Shown here one piece after another: positions 27,513 to 43,384 of a stretch of 64,000 nucleotides of DNA. The notes below the pieces were generated by a model. That model made no database searches. It was given only the letters and a program-made list of their open reading frames with translations, and had not been told where the DNA came from. The stretch covers positions 744,001 through 808,000 of the forward strand of contig OY253684.1 in NCBI GenBank assembly GCA_958009085.1. Direction: 5' to 3'. The position numbers and the translations under genes were made by a program. This DNA is from Protoeuglena noctilucae (Eukaryota). Position 1 is the stretch's first letter, and each line of letters begins with the position of its first letter.

Positions 27513-27938
27513 TCGCCTGTGCCATGCCGTGGGCCCTGCGAAATGATTGGTTGAAGAGTGTGCGGCGGTGGCGGGGACCCCGGATGATTTCACCAGTCTC
27601 GTATCGTGCTGGACCCGAAATTGCGGACCTGGGAAGTGCCGGCACTAGAAAAACGGCCTTCCCTTGCATCTCGTCTGGCAGGCAGTGCGCGGCCTTCTCA
27701 GGGAAAGCGCTTGTTGCTCAAAAAAGCTTGTCCTTGATGTGACGGAGGCCAGTGCTCCGGGGGCCATGTTGATGCTGGCCGCGCGCTAACATTCCGCACC
27801 TGGCTCACCGTCCGTGGCCGGGACCGTGACATCCGCCCTTAATCTTAGAGACGTAGCTCAGATCCATTGCGGTTCGCTTGGAGGCACCGCGCAGGCGCAG
27901 GTCTCGGCGCTGGCGGAACGCCGGCCTGGGCGGGGAGG

Positions 27939-30900
27939 ATGACGACGACCACCGAGAGGACCCAGGCGCCTGTCGCCGTGCGGGGGGGCGACCGTCCTGC
28001 GGAGGATGACCTGGAGTACCTCAACTCCGCAACGCTCATGCGAAGGCAAGCGCCCCGCCCCGACCCGCCCAGCATCGCCCGGCAATCCTCGTCGCATGAA
28101 CGGAGCTATTGTAGCTTGTCTCTGGGCCCAACGCCGGCCGCGTCGCCCTGGCCCGGCGCGGCGCCGATTCAAAGGTCGCCCCCCCGCCGCATCCCGTTGG
28201 TTGACCGCCGCGGACTCGCTCACCGGGATCGCGAGCCGGTGGCCTCTGCGCGCCCCTGACGAAAGAGAGCGTGTCCTGATGACCCTGTCCCGCCCCATCC
28301 CGTTCCGCCCGCGCGGCGACGGCTGGCTCTCGTGCGTCGCGCGCAGGAAGGACTTCCTGGACAAGGAGGCCGAGGCCCGTCAAAACCCCAGTCGCATGAT
28401 GTACTACAGGAGGAATGCTGACTATGATCGTCTCGTGGAAGTCTGCTCGCGCAAGCTTCGCGGCAACCCCAACAACCTCCGCGCCCTCCTCATTCGCGCC
28501 TCGAGCTACATGAAGGTCCGGGGCAGAGGCGGTCGCGGCGAATGCACGAGACTTCGACTGACTCTTGCGGGCCCCGCCGGCCCCGGCGCCCACTCACCGC
28601 GGCGCACGGGCTCTGTGACAACGAATGTTCACGACACACCCCCGGCCGCCCGTCCCCGCAGAAGGAGATGTACCAGGAGGCTTTGGAAGACTACAACGCG
28701 GTCATTCGGCTGGACAAGGGGCACGTGGACGCTCACTTCCACAGGCGACTGGCCGCGCAGGCACGGCCCCGCGATCCCCAGCCCCAGGCGGCGCGTCGCC
28801 TGATCCCTAGCCCCTGCCCCTCGCGCTCAGAGGCACAATTTTCCAGAAATTCGACGATCCCAAGTCGGCGATCCGGGACTTCACGCGGGTGCTGGAGCTC
28901 GACTCGCTGAACGTCAAGGCCCTGTACGCGCGCGCGGCGTGCCACAACCTGATGCAGGAGTACGCGCTGGCGATCGACGACTACAACCGAGCGTTGGAAC
29001 TCGACAAGGAGCTGTCCGACCGCCGCACGTGGGTCCGCTCGGCGCGGAGGAAACTCCCGCCGGCGCCGACAGGTGCGCTTTGGCTCGCCTCGTGCTGCCG
29101 GCCTTGCTGCCCGCCCACGCCGCTCCCGTGTCTGGCGCTGAGGGCCTCTGGTTGTGACTGCAGGTGGTGCCGTGCCGGTGCCCGAGGGGGCGTACTCGGA
29201 GGCAAGCGGCGGGGGCATCGGCGGTGGCGGAGAGGACGGGGCGGGGGCGGGGACGGACGGGGGCGAGGTGGCCAGCCGGCCCAAGGCGCAGCCCCCGGTC
29301 AACAACGCCCCCATGTACGACGACCTCGCCGTCATGGCGTCGGGCGCGGAGGGCATGGACGACGCGCTGGAGCAGCCACCCAGGCGAGGCCATGCGTGTG
29401 CTCACCACCCACGCTTGTACGGATGTGCAGCTGCCGTCCAGGCGAGCGGGGGTTGTGCATGGCTTGGAAGTTGCCATGGATGAGCCAATTAAAAGGAGGG
29501 GCTGGGCTGCGTGCTTGTCCCTACTCCACTAGGTCCCTGCTGTGAGCAGTGGCGCTCTGAGTCTCTCTGAGCCGACGCCCGCTCTGCTCCCCCGCAGCGC
29601 GATGCCGAGCGCGCCCGGGTCGACGCTGGGGGAGAACCCACCGGCGCTGTCGTCGCTGGCGGGCATGGTGCCGCTGTCGAAGGGCTCGCAGGGCCCCAGG
29701 GAGTCGTGGACGGACGGGAGGGGTGACAGGCACGGGCGGGGTGCGGACGCGGAGCCGCCGCGGCCCAAGGTGGAGGCGGCGCGGGACGGCGACTCCCGGC
29801 CCAGCACGCCGGGGGCGGGCCCGGCGGGAAGCGACGCGGCGCTGGAGCGGTCCCCGCGCGGCCCCGGGGGCTCGGGGTCCGTGTCGATGAAGGTCTCGGG
29901 TGCCGCGAAGGGGTCGGCGCAGGTGCAGGCGGACTACCACCACTCGAGAGGGTACGCGTTCCGAAAGCAGAACAACTTCCGCGCGGCTGTGGAGGAGTAC
30001 ACGCGTGCGCTGCAGGCCAACCCGCGGCACTTCAAGGCGCTCTTCAACCGGGCGTTCAGCTACGACAAGCTCGCCGAGTACCAGCGCGCGGTGAGCGGGG
30101 GGGTTGGGGACGGGGACAGCCATCGCATGCCAGCATGGCCGTGGCCGTGAGAAGCATCGGAGAGAACGGGCGCGCCTGCTCTGCTTGGGACGCAGATCGA
30201 GGACTACACGGCGGCGCTGGAGGTGGAGCCGCGCAACTCGTTCGCGCTCTACAACCGCGGCATCACGTGGGACCGGCTCGAGCAGTACAAGCGGGCGATC
30301 GAGGACTTCACGCGGGCCATCGAGATCGACCCCAACAACGCCGACTTTTACCACAACCGGGGCTTCTCCCTGCGCAAGGACGGCAACTTCGAGGCCGCGA
30401 TCAGCGACTACACCACGGCCATCAAGCTCAACCCCCGGCACTGCAGGGCCTACTACAACCGCGCCTTCTCCTTTGACAGGTGACACCCACGCGCCGCGGC
30501 ACTCTCTGCGCATCCCGCACCTCCTCCTTCCTCCCGTGTGCGTGTCACTTTCTCCCGCTTATCTTATCCAGCAGTTTTAATCTGACCCCCTTTCGCGTGC
30601 CCCGCAGGCTCAAGCGCTACGCGGAGGCCGTCAAGGACTACACGCACGCGCTCGAAATCGAGCCCAACAACTCGACGGCCTACCACAACCGCGGGTCGCT
30701 GCTGGAGCGCCTGGGCAACCTGAAGAACGCCCTGGCTGATTTCAACAAGGCGATTGAGCTCGACCCCAAGAGCGCCCTCTCGTACAACGCCCGGGGGCTG
30801 CTCCTTGAGCGCATCTCGACCAACGAGGCCGAGCTCGAGAAGAGCATCCAGGACTTCAACCGGGCCGTCGCCCTGGAGCCCAACAACCCCGTCTTCCTGC

Positions 30901-31893
30901 GGTGAGCGCTTGCTGGGGTCACGCGAGCGACGATCGGGTCAACCGGCGTTGCTAGATTCGGATGCGACGCGGCCGCACGGATGCTCGTCGCCCCACTGTT
31001 CCATTCCTTGCCGCTCCCCTCTGCAGGAACCGTGGCCTGTGCCTGCGGACCAAGAACGACTTCAAGGGCGCCATTGCGGACTTCACGCGCGTCATCCAGC
31101 TCAGCCCGAACGACGTGACGGCGCTGTCCAACCGGGGCTACGCGCACCGCAAGCTGGGGAACTTCGAGGCCGCGGCCGCGGACTACACGGCGGCGCTGGA
31201 CCTGCAGCCCCGCACGGTGCGCCTGCACAACAACCGGGGGTACTGCCTGGCCAAGCTCGCCAAGTACAAGGAGGCCATTGCCGACTACGAGGTCGTCATC
31301 GAGGTGCGCGGGGGCAGGGCTGTCACCAACCACGCTGCCCTTGTCCGGATGCGCTTGGTACCGACGCATGGGGCGACACTCGCTTGTCGCTGCTCGGTCC
31401 CAGGAGCGACCTGCCCTGGCCTCGGGCCGCTCCTGTGCAACCGCAATGTGCGACTGCCCTGCCCGCAGCTGGACCCGAGGAACACGCACGCGTACCACAA
31501 CCGCGGCATCAGCTACGACAAGCTGGGGATGTACGAGGAGGCCATCCGCGACTTCACGCGCGTCATCCAACTCGAACCCAACAACGTCAACGCCTACTTC
31601 AACCGCGGGTCCGCCTACGACTCGATCGGCAACTACGAGGCCGCCGTGGCGGACTACAGGCGAGGGGGCGACGGGGCGCACGAAGGCAGCCACAGGGGAC
31701 TGGGGGCGCGCGATCCAGCGGCACTCCTGGCGACGCTCCTGCCTGCCCTGCCCGCAGCCGCGCCCTGGACCTGGACGCGACCAACAGCAACACGCCGCGG
31801 CTGTCGCCCCGGGGCGGCACGCCCACGACGCTCACGCCCTCGCTCACGCCGATCGAGACGCCTCGCGGCAGCGTGATCCACTCCATGCGATAG
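27939..31893 (+). CDS. Multi-TPR repeat protein
   Basis: More than a dozen TPR units such as ALFNRAFSYDKL, FYHNRGFSLRK, AYHNRGSLLERLG, AYFNRGSAYDSIG across about 10 exons; ends TAG at 31893. Confidence 0.9.
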
Positions 31894-32246
31894 CGAGCAA
31901 GCGCAGCGCTGCGCGGTCTTTGCCTTAGCGCGCCGTGGTGCATGAGCGCCCGGCCTGGTGATAGCACGCAGACGGCGGCACCCAGGGCGTCCCCTGCCGC
32001 TTCAGAGTTTCCTTCCACTCCATTGCTCTTCAACAAAATGGCCAGTATTTGCTTCAGCAGCTTGCTGGCGCTGGGGTTCCCCCCGTCTGCGCCTCGGTAC
32101 CTTGCATCGACCCCCTGACCGGCAGGCAATCGAGCGTCCTTCTGCGATCCCATCAACAGTGCATCCGCGCAGCTCCCGGCTCTAGCCCAGGCGCACCCGG
32201 CAACCCTTAGGCCGCCGAGGCCCGGCAGGAGCTCTCGCGGGGCGCG

Positions 32247-34130
32247 ATGTCGCGGAAGAACATTTTCGCCGCGCTCCAGGAGCCCAAGAAGTCGAAGAAG
32301 AGCTCACAGGTGCAGGTGAGCGACGAAGCCGACGAAGCGGGGCACCGACCCGGCGTCCGCGTCCCTATCTGGTCGCTGGATTGACTTTGGAATAGGTCGC
32401 GGTGCTCCTGCCCGCACCCCGCGGTCTCGCCTCGTCTCCCCGCCCGGTCGTGACGCCCCCGCCTTTTTCACCGGCCCTACGAGGTCCATGCCGCCGACGC
32501 CAATCCCCCTTGCCACTTTACCCTTGTCCGTCCGCTCGGGTCGCCCTGTCTGAGGGAATGAGCGCATGGCCACGACTGGGAGACCCCCGCCGTAACCGGG
32601 AGTCGAAAGCCGCCCTTACTTGCGCGTGGGAGGCCTGTCTCGCGTCGGATTGCGGCTCGAGGTGTTCATTTGGATCGATTCTCGCGATCGCCAAGTTTGC
32701 TCGCCATACACCGCCCCCGCTTTCCGCGCCGGGCGCCCCGTCACCCCTGCACACGTTCCGGGAGGCGCCTCTTGCCCCAATCTGCGCGGTCTTCGCATCA
32801 CGTTCTCCTCTCAGCGCACTGCTGTCGCCAGGAACGCCGTGCGCGGCGCTTCCCGGCAGCAGCAGCTGCGCGCGCACATCGATGAGGTCGGACCTCGCTC
32901 CACGCGACGTCCGCCGCCCGCAGGAGGAGGCGGCTCCGTCCACGCATGACCTCGAGGCGGCGATGTTCGGGGGCAACGGCTTCGGGGGCGCGGCGGACTG
33001 GAGCGAGATGGTCGAGCACCACGAGCAGGAGCAGGCGTTCGGGGGTTTGCAGGCGCCGGGCATCGCCGACGCGGGGGTTTCCGAATCGGAGGAGGAATCC
33101 GATTCTGAGTCCGAGTCTGAGGGGTCCGACTCGGGCTGGCAGGCGCATGCGGAGCCGCCGAGCACGAGTTCGGGGCAGGGGCAGGATGACGGGAAGGCCA
33201 AGCGCGCTCCGGTGCCGGTGCAGCAGCTGAGCAAGAAGGAGCGGAAGGCCAAGGAACTGGAGGACTTGGAGCAGACGCTGGCGGAGCTGGGGATCGAGTT
33301 AAAGAGCGGGGACGCCAGCGGGGCGGGGGCAGGGGCGGGGGCGGGGGCGGGGGAGAAGAAGAAAAAGAAGAAGAAGGTGAGCGGATGGGCGTGCGGAGGG
33401 ATAGAGGGGCGAGGTAGATGACGGAGCGGTTGGGTTGGTGGACGGGGGGGTGACGGAAGGGGGGTGGAGGGGTCTCGCTCGCCGGCGGACGGAATGCTGC
33501 ACAAGGGGGCTGGGAGGCATGACAGGCTGCTGCAACACGGATTACCGGTGCGTGGACATGCGTAAAAGTCGGGCGCGGCTTGAGCAGGAAGTGTTTTAGT
33601 TCGCAGAAGGGCGACTCTCGTGGGGCGAGCGCACAGGAGGCGCCACCTGCGGCAGAACCGGAGCCAGCCGCGACGACCGGCACCGCCGATGAGAACGGGC
33701 ACATTGAAGTGGACCCTGAGGCCGCCAAGAAGGCGCTGGCTGCCAAGGTGAGCGCCAGAGAGGACATCGTGTGGGGTGGGGTGGAGCCCTGCTTGACTGT
33801 GTCTGCTTGGCAGACCTGCTGGAGGATGAGACCCTTGTTGACAATTTCACGACGGTCATCCGACGCACGCGGTTGACGACATGTCTCAAGCATCCGCACG
33901 TATTACCTGACAGCAGCCCCTGGCCTGCGAATGGCCGCCACGCCTCCCGCGTCCCTCATCGTGACGGCCGCGCGCTGTCCCTGTCGCCGCAGGCATCCAA
34001 GAAGGGCGGACTGACGAAGAAGGAGGCTAACAACGCGATCGCTGCGGCGGCTGCCAAGGCGAAGGCCGCCAAGGCCAGCAAGGGCAAGGTGCCAGACAAG
34101 AAGACGATTTCCCAAGCTCCCAAGTTCTGA
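32247..34130 (+). CDS. Lys/Glu-rich protein of unknown function
   Basis: Exons MSRKNIFAALQEPKKSKKSSQ| ... QLSKKERKAKELEDLEQTLAELGI ... |ASKKGG...QAPKF-TGA, joined by GT-AG sites. Confidence 0.75.
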
Positions 34131-34526
34131 CCCCGAGGGAGTCTGACCCGGAGGGACTCGAGACCTGCGGATGAGTCGCGCGCGAGACAAGGGGCGGGCT
34201 GGGTGCCACGTGTCACCCCTGTGGATCGAGGTGTCACCCTTGCGCGCCAGCGCTGCTGGCTGCTCGACTCGCGATGGGCCCCTGGGTTTTTGTCCGGATG
34301 GGGTTGCTCACGGAACCGTAAAGCGAAAGCTTGGCCGTTGAAAGTGTCGTCTAGTCGTGGACAAGCGGCATCAATCTGCACGGCAGTCTCGCTGCAGGGG
34401 CCGGGGCCAACCCGGGAAAACGCAGTGTCACACCCCGGGGCCCAAATACTCGGCTACGGCGCTTGAAAAGAGGCACGCCGCAGGCGCTGCGCCGCAGGGG
34501 CCACGCCTGGCCCCGTGGCTTGCTGC

Positions 34527-37373
34527 TCACTGCCCGGCGTCTGCGTGGCCGTTGCCGTTCGCACCGGCCTCCTCCTCCGGCAGGGCCTTCTCCCTCTTGC
34601 TGAAGACGTAGACGACCTTCATGTTGTCCTGGTCGACCATGAACCCGTTGAAGGCCACGGCCCCCGCGAGGGTGTAGGCACCGAACTTGAAGAAGAGGAT
34701 CCAGTCGCCGATGTTCATCTCCGGGAGCATCATGCCCTCGACGACCTTGTCGGCGCCGTCGCACGTGGGCCCGTAGAGCGTGGACGGGTACGTCTTGCGC
34801 ACGCGCATCTCCTCGGCGTGGCGCATGATGCCGGTCGAGGGCGACACGATGATGTCGTTCACGGGGTCCTTGATGGCCCGCGGCTTGATCTCCATCTTGT
34901 CGTAGAGCTTGCAGTTCATCGAGCCGTAGATGCCGTCGCTGATCCAGTAGTCGATGGCCGTGGTGCCCTCGTTCGTGGTCTTGACACGCTTGCCAAACAC
35001 GTTCGTGACGATCGTGAAGGGCGCCTCCGCGAAGAAGCGGCCCGGCTCGGCGATGAACTTGACGCCCATCGAAGGCGGGAAGAACTCGTCCAGGGCCTCG
35101 CGGATCTCCGCCGCGAAGTCCATGTCGATCTCGCCGTCGTCCATGAAGCGCGCCTGGAAGCCGCCGCCGATGTCGATCTGCGGGCCGGACGAAACCAAAG
35201 TAAGCAAATGGTCACCAAACGAAGCGCACGCGGAGGGCGCAGCGCGCGCGGTGCGAGAGGGAGGCGCAGACAGCCCATGCAGTCGAAGTGCGCCCCTTGC
35301 AGGCGATGCGTTGGCTGCAGCTGCCCCCGCAGCTCACCAGCTTCATCTTGTGCCCAATCTCCGTGGCCATGTCGAAGGCGTCGCGGGCCGTGGAGATGGC
35401 GTTGCGGTAGGCGCCGTGGCCGGAGGACATGGACCCGACGTGGAAGGACACGCCCACGACCTGGAGGCCGAGGGTCTTGGCCGTCGTCAGGACCTGGTGC
35501 CACGTGTTGCGCTCGGCGCCGTACTTGGCCCCGAAGATCATCTTGGCATTCGGGTCGTCGGCGCGGATGCGCAGCACGAGCCGCGCGGACTTGTTGGCGT
35601 TGGCGATCTTCTGGACCTCGCCCACTGCGCGGGGACCGAAGCGGGGCGGCTGAGCCGAGGAACGAAGGCGGAAAATGCCTGGCCGGGGCCAGACCTGGCG
35701 ATGAAAGGCACGGCACGCATGGCGGCCCGCAGTGTCCCCCGCCCCACACAAAGCCACCGTCCCAGCGCCGCGTCGCAGAGCGCGCTCGCTTGCTCCCTGC
35801 GCCCCTCACCCGTGTCGAACGTGGTGAGGTTGGCGCCCAGCTGCGCGGCCTTGGTGATCTCGCGCGGCATCTTTTGCGGGTGGGCGAAGATGATGCGGTT
35901 GACGTCCGCGCCGACCGAGATGGCCAGCTCGATCTCGTGAGTGGTGGCGCAGTCGAACCCGGCGCCGAGCGCGCACAGGGTCTTGAGCAGGCCTTTGTCG
36001 GGCATGCACTTGACTGCGGGGGCAGCGTGGCGGCTCCGTCGCACGCACGCACACTGGCTGGGTGCTGCGTGTCCTCAGCACCCAGTCGGGCAGCGAACGC
36101 AGGACGAACGAGCAGGCGAGGATGCCAGCGATGCTGGACACTGCCCGGGCGGCTCGCCTGCGTAGAAGGGCCGCACGCGGGGCAGCGCGCGGCGCCAGGC
36201 GGAGTAGAGCCTCATGACCACGCCGAGGTCGCAGATGTAGAAGTTGAAATCGAGGACGTCCCGAGCGATCAAGTGAGCAGCGACCTCACTGATCGTGGAC
36301 TCTTCGCCCTGCTCGATCACTGCGGGCACGACGGGACAGAGAGCGGTCGGTCCTCCGACGAGCCCTGCAATGCTCGCGCGCCAGGCGGCGAGCAAAGCGA
36401 GAAGTGGGGCAATTGCACAAAGCCACGCGGGCTGCGGGCGGCGCACGAGGGCTTAGGAGAGGCGACGCTGCGCAGGTGCCTCACCGGTGGCATCAAGCCC
36501 ATTGCAAACCTCCACCATCTTCGCTTCAAGCTCTTCAGGGATAAACTCCATCTCGGTGACGAGCTCCCGGAGGTCCGCGGCCTCATCGACGCACTGCGGG
36601 GCATGGAAGGCATGGCAAGTGTCGCGCCCTGGATGCCCCGCGCCGCGGGAGTGCGGGGGTACGCCGGCGTTCGGCACGGTTGGAGAGCTGGGAGGATACG
36701 GAGATGTGGGCGCGTCGCTGAGATCGCGGGGAAGCGCGGCGCGCGGCGCGCGGGCGGCTGACGTGGCGCCGCCTCCGTGGGCGATCCACCCGCTCGCTGG
36801 CCTCTTACTGCCCTCCTCACGCGTGCCAGAGAACGGGTGCCCCACAAGAAGCGCACCTCCGGCGCCTCGGAGGCGAGGTCCTTGAACAAGTTCGGGACAT
36901 CTGCGGGCCTGATGATCTTGAGGGCCGGCTCCTCGACGGCTTCCACGTTCGACTCTTCCCTCTCCTGCAGGCCGGAGGAGTCGGAGTGTCGTCGTCGAGA
37001 GCGCGCGGGGCGGGAGAACGCCGCGGAGGCGCCCGACGGGGCGGGTCGCGGCAGGCAGGTAAACGCGCGTGGCGGGGGGTGCTTGACCGCCTCGCCGGCC
37101 GCACAGGGCCACGGCGGGCGCGCAGGGGACGTCCCTGGCCACAGCTGGGGAAAACACCTCGCGCAGGCGACCCGCGGGCACGCAGAAGGCGCCACCGCGG
37201 GGACCCCAGCCGTACTAAGGGCCCCCGGCAGTGCCCCGTGGGCGTGCGCCCGCGTCCTCGCCGCGCACCTCTTCCTTGACGACTACCGTGTAGCTCTCAA
37301 CGACGTCGTCATCCGGCTCGTACACCACCTCGACTTGAAGGGGCTGATTGGCGGGGGGTATGGCCACCTCCAT
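34527..37373 (-). CDS. ODC: Ornithine decarboxylase (group IV PLP enzyme) with acidic N-terminal extension
   Basis: PFYA|VKC (PLP lysine), GFDCAT, GVSFHVGS, IDIGGGF, IAEPGRF, DGIYGSMNCKLYD, GPTCDGAD, FGAYT. Confidence 0.93.
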
Positions 37374-37736
37374 CACGCTGTCGCTCACACACGGCGAGAC
37401 GAGCACGGCACTCGACAGGAGCGCTTAAACCACCCCGTAGCGGAGACGGGGGGCGCTCGACGACGCCGGAGCGCCGAGCGTACGCGGGACAGGCGGCCGA
37501 GGTCGAGCGAGACCGAGACAGCCAGGGTCGGACGTGCTCGCGAGATCCCGCATGTGGCGCGTGGGCGGGGAGGACGGCGCTTGGCCTCCGCGAGAGTCAG
37601 TCGTTGTTTCCGGCAGCAAGGGCCTATGCCGCGTGCGCCCTGGTGAAGATCGACGGCCCCCGGCGCTCAGCATTTGAATTCGGGCGATGCCGTCACGGCT
37701 GTGCGGTCGCAGGTGCCCTCGCGCTTCAAAGGCCGC

Positions 37737-38659
37737 CTAACTCCCAGCCCCATGTGCCCGCTCCGGTCCTGGCGAGGCTGGCCTCGCGCGCAGGAGTGCG
37801 GACACCGTCTCCGCGTCCGCGATCAAGCCGGCGACCAGAGACTCCCCCCGCGCGCCTCGGCGGGAGGATACGGCGGGCGCCCCGCAGCGGCAACCTTGCG
37901 GGCGTCCCGGGACATCGCCGGGGCCGTCCATCGCGTCCCCTGCGCCCCGAGAGCTCGAATCCGTAACCAAGGAACCAGCAGCGGCTAAAACGTCCGCCTG
38001 ATTCGTCCCGGTCAGGCGCAGGAGCACGTCCCCCAGGTCGCCTCCCTCAGCCACCGGCCCCGGCCCGTCCCCCGCGCGCAACCCCGCGAAAGCGCGATCC
38101 AGCTCGTCCTCTCCGCGAGCTTCCACAGGCCTCTGGGCGGAGATGAGCCGGCACGCGGCGGCGGCGCAGTCCCGGCAAGGTTGCGGGGGCAGAGCCGCCG
38201 GTGCAGGCCACCCGCCCAGCGCCCTGTCGCGCAGCGCGTCTGCCGTGGCGAGGGAGCCGCGCAAGAAGCCCCAGGCAGCGCCGAGATTGGCGCCCTCCCC
38301 GAACTGCGCGCAGAACGCGGGCACGTTGCTCTGGGCCGGGCCTCTCCGCCCGCCGCGGCGTGCTCGCACTGCCCCTTCCCCCTCACCCCGATGTTGAACC
38401 CCGTCTGGACCGTTTGCTGCATGCCTTGCTCGGATCCTTCCCTGCGAGCCGCGGTGCTCCGTCGTGGGGCCACCGCACGCAGACTATCAAGCATGGGCGA
38501 CGTTATAGAGCCATGGAAGCGCCGCCCTTACCTGATATGGACAGCTTGTGACTCGAACATCACATCTTCCACTCACCGGAAACCCTCCTGCCACAGCGAC
38601 ACCCCGGGGCCCTCCCTCACGTCCTCGTCGCCCCATACGTCCTCGTCCCCGCCTCTCAT
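37737..38659 (-). CDS. YAE1: Yae1-domain protein (three exons)
   Basis: Spliced product MRGGDEDVWGDEDV...LWQEGFR|EGSEQGMQQTVQTGFNIG|FGEGANLGAAWGFLRG matches the Gly-periodic Yae1_N motif; donors gtgagt and gtgagg, acceptors gcag. Confidence 0.8.
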
Positions 38660-38767
38660 CTCGCACGCAGTGCTCTGGAGGTTACGAACTGCGTGACAAT
38701 GCATGGGAAGCTGGCAAATCATCATCCCATCGGCCGGTTGGCCCCAAGCAAGCAACACTGGCGGTGA

Positions 38768-42540
<3,773 letters not shown>

Positions 42541-42543
<3 letters not shown>

Positions 42544-42589
42544 GCCCGCTGCGGTGTTTTGGCCAATGGCCACCCCTGCAGCGGGCTTG
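42541..42589 (+). promoter_or_regulatory. Strong stem-loop directly 3' of the Sec UGA (SRE-like)
   Basis: aagcccgctgc (42542-42552) pairs perfectly with gcagcgggctt (42578-42588); inner stem tggcc/ggcca. Confidence 0.6.
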
Positions 42590-42863
42590 GGAAAGGCGGC
42601 TGGCAAGAGCTTGCCACGCCTCCGCCTGCCTTCATTTTCAATTTTCTGCTGGTGAGCGCGATCGCGACAGGGGCTGAGTGGTAACGGGCCATTGCTCATT
42701 TGTTAGGGGGGCAATGCGCTGACTCATGCCGGGCGCCGTTTCATGCGCCCGCAGGAAACGTGGGCGGGAGACCCCGGGTCGACGACCCTCCGACGATGAG
42801 AATCTTGTTTTTGACACTTAGATTCTCAACGTCAAGGGAATCTTCGCCAGGGAACCTCCCTCG

Positions 42864-42907
42864 ATGATGGCGCTGCGGGAATCGCACCGCGGCCGCAGCG
42901 CCGGATG
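42864..42907 (+). promoter_or_regulatory. Eukaryotic SECIS element core (form 2) in the TrxR 3' UTR
   Basis: AUGA at 42864; 10-bp helix II GGCGCUGCGG/CCGCAGCGCC (42869-42878 with 42893-42902); unpaired AA at 42880-42881; apical mini-stem CGC-acc-GCG; GA at 42904-42905 completes the G.A/A.G quartet. Confidence 0.9.
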
Positions 42908-43384
42908 CCTCCGCCCACGTTGTCACCCAGCGCCTGCCATGTTTGGCGTAGATAGCAGATTGCTGTTAGATTGCAAGCGTCGCGGTTCTTTTGGTAGTGG
43001 TTTTGTTTCCGAGGAGCACCAGCGGAGCCCGATGGATGCGAGAGAGTTTGCAAGGGACATTGAGCGACTGCACCTGCACCCACCATTTGCATGGGGCGGG
43101 CATGCCCACACATCACAAACCGCCATTCTTCTCTAGCTTAGCGATGCATGGATTCGATTCAAGCACGCCCGTATCTCAGCCGCGCCCCATCCGATGCTCG
43201 CCATGGCTCCCTCGGCCCACACCTATGCGCGGCCGCAACGTCGCAAGGAGTCGACCTCAACACCGCAGCACCGTTACTCTCACTCCCCTCCACGCTGTCA
43301 CCCACTCACTGCCCATCACTGCCCCTCCCCATCGCTCACTCCCCCTCCCTCCCCACTCACTCCACCACCCCCTCCCATTCTCCC

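Noticed and set aside
34515..36761. 748-aa plus-strand ORF and similar long antisense ORFs (7252-8184, 29521-30513)
   Set aside because: They are shadow ORFs of real opposite-strand genes, caused by high GC3 and few stop codons.
34527..37373. ODC as an inactive antizyme inhibitor or an arginine decarboxylase
   Set aside because: The PLP lysine, the catalytic Cys-Asp (GPTCDG) and the specificity Asp (LYD) are all retained.
37737..38422. ORF upstream of ODC as a regulatory uORF or antizyme
   Set aside because: It splices into a coherent Yae1-domain gene, and I saw no antizyme frameshift site or antizyme-like sequence.
38528..38535. CTTACCTG resembling the U1 snRNA 5' end
   Set aside because: No U1 body or Sm site follows; it is simply the reverse complement of a donor-like motif.
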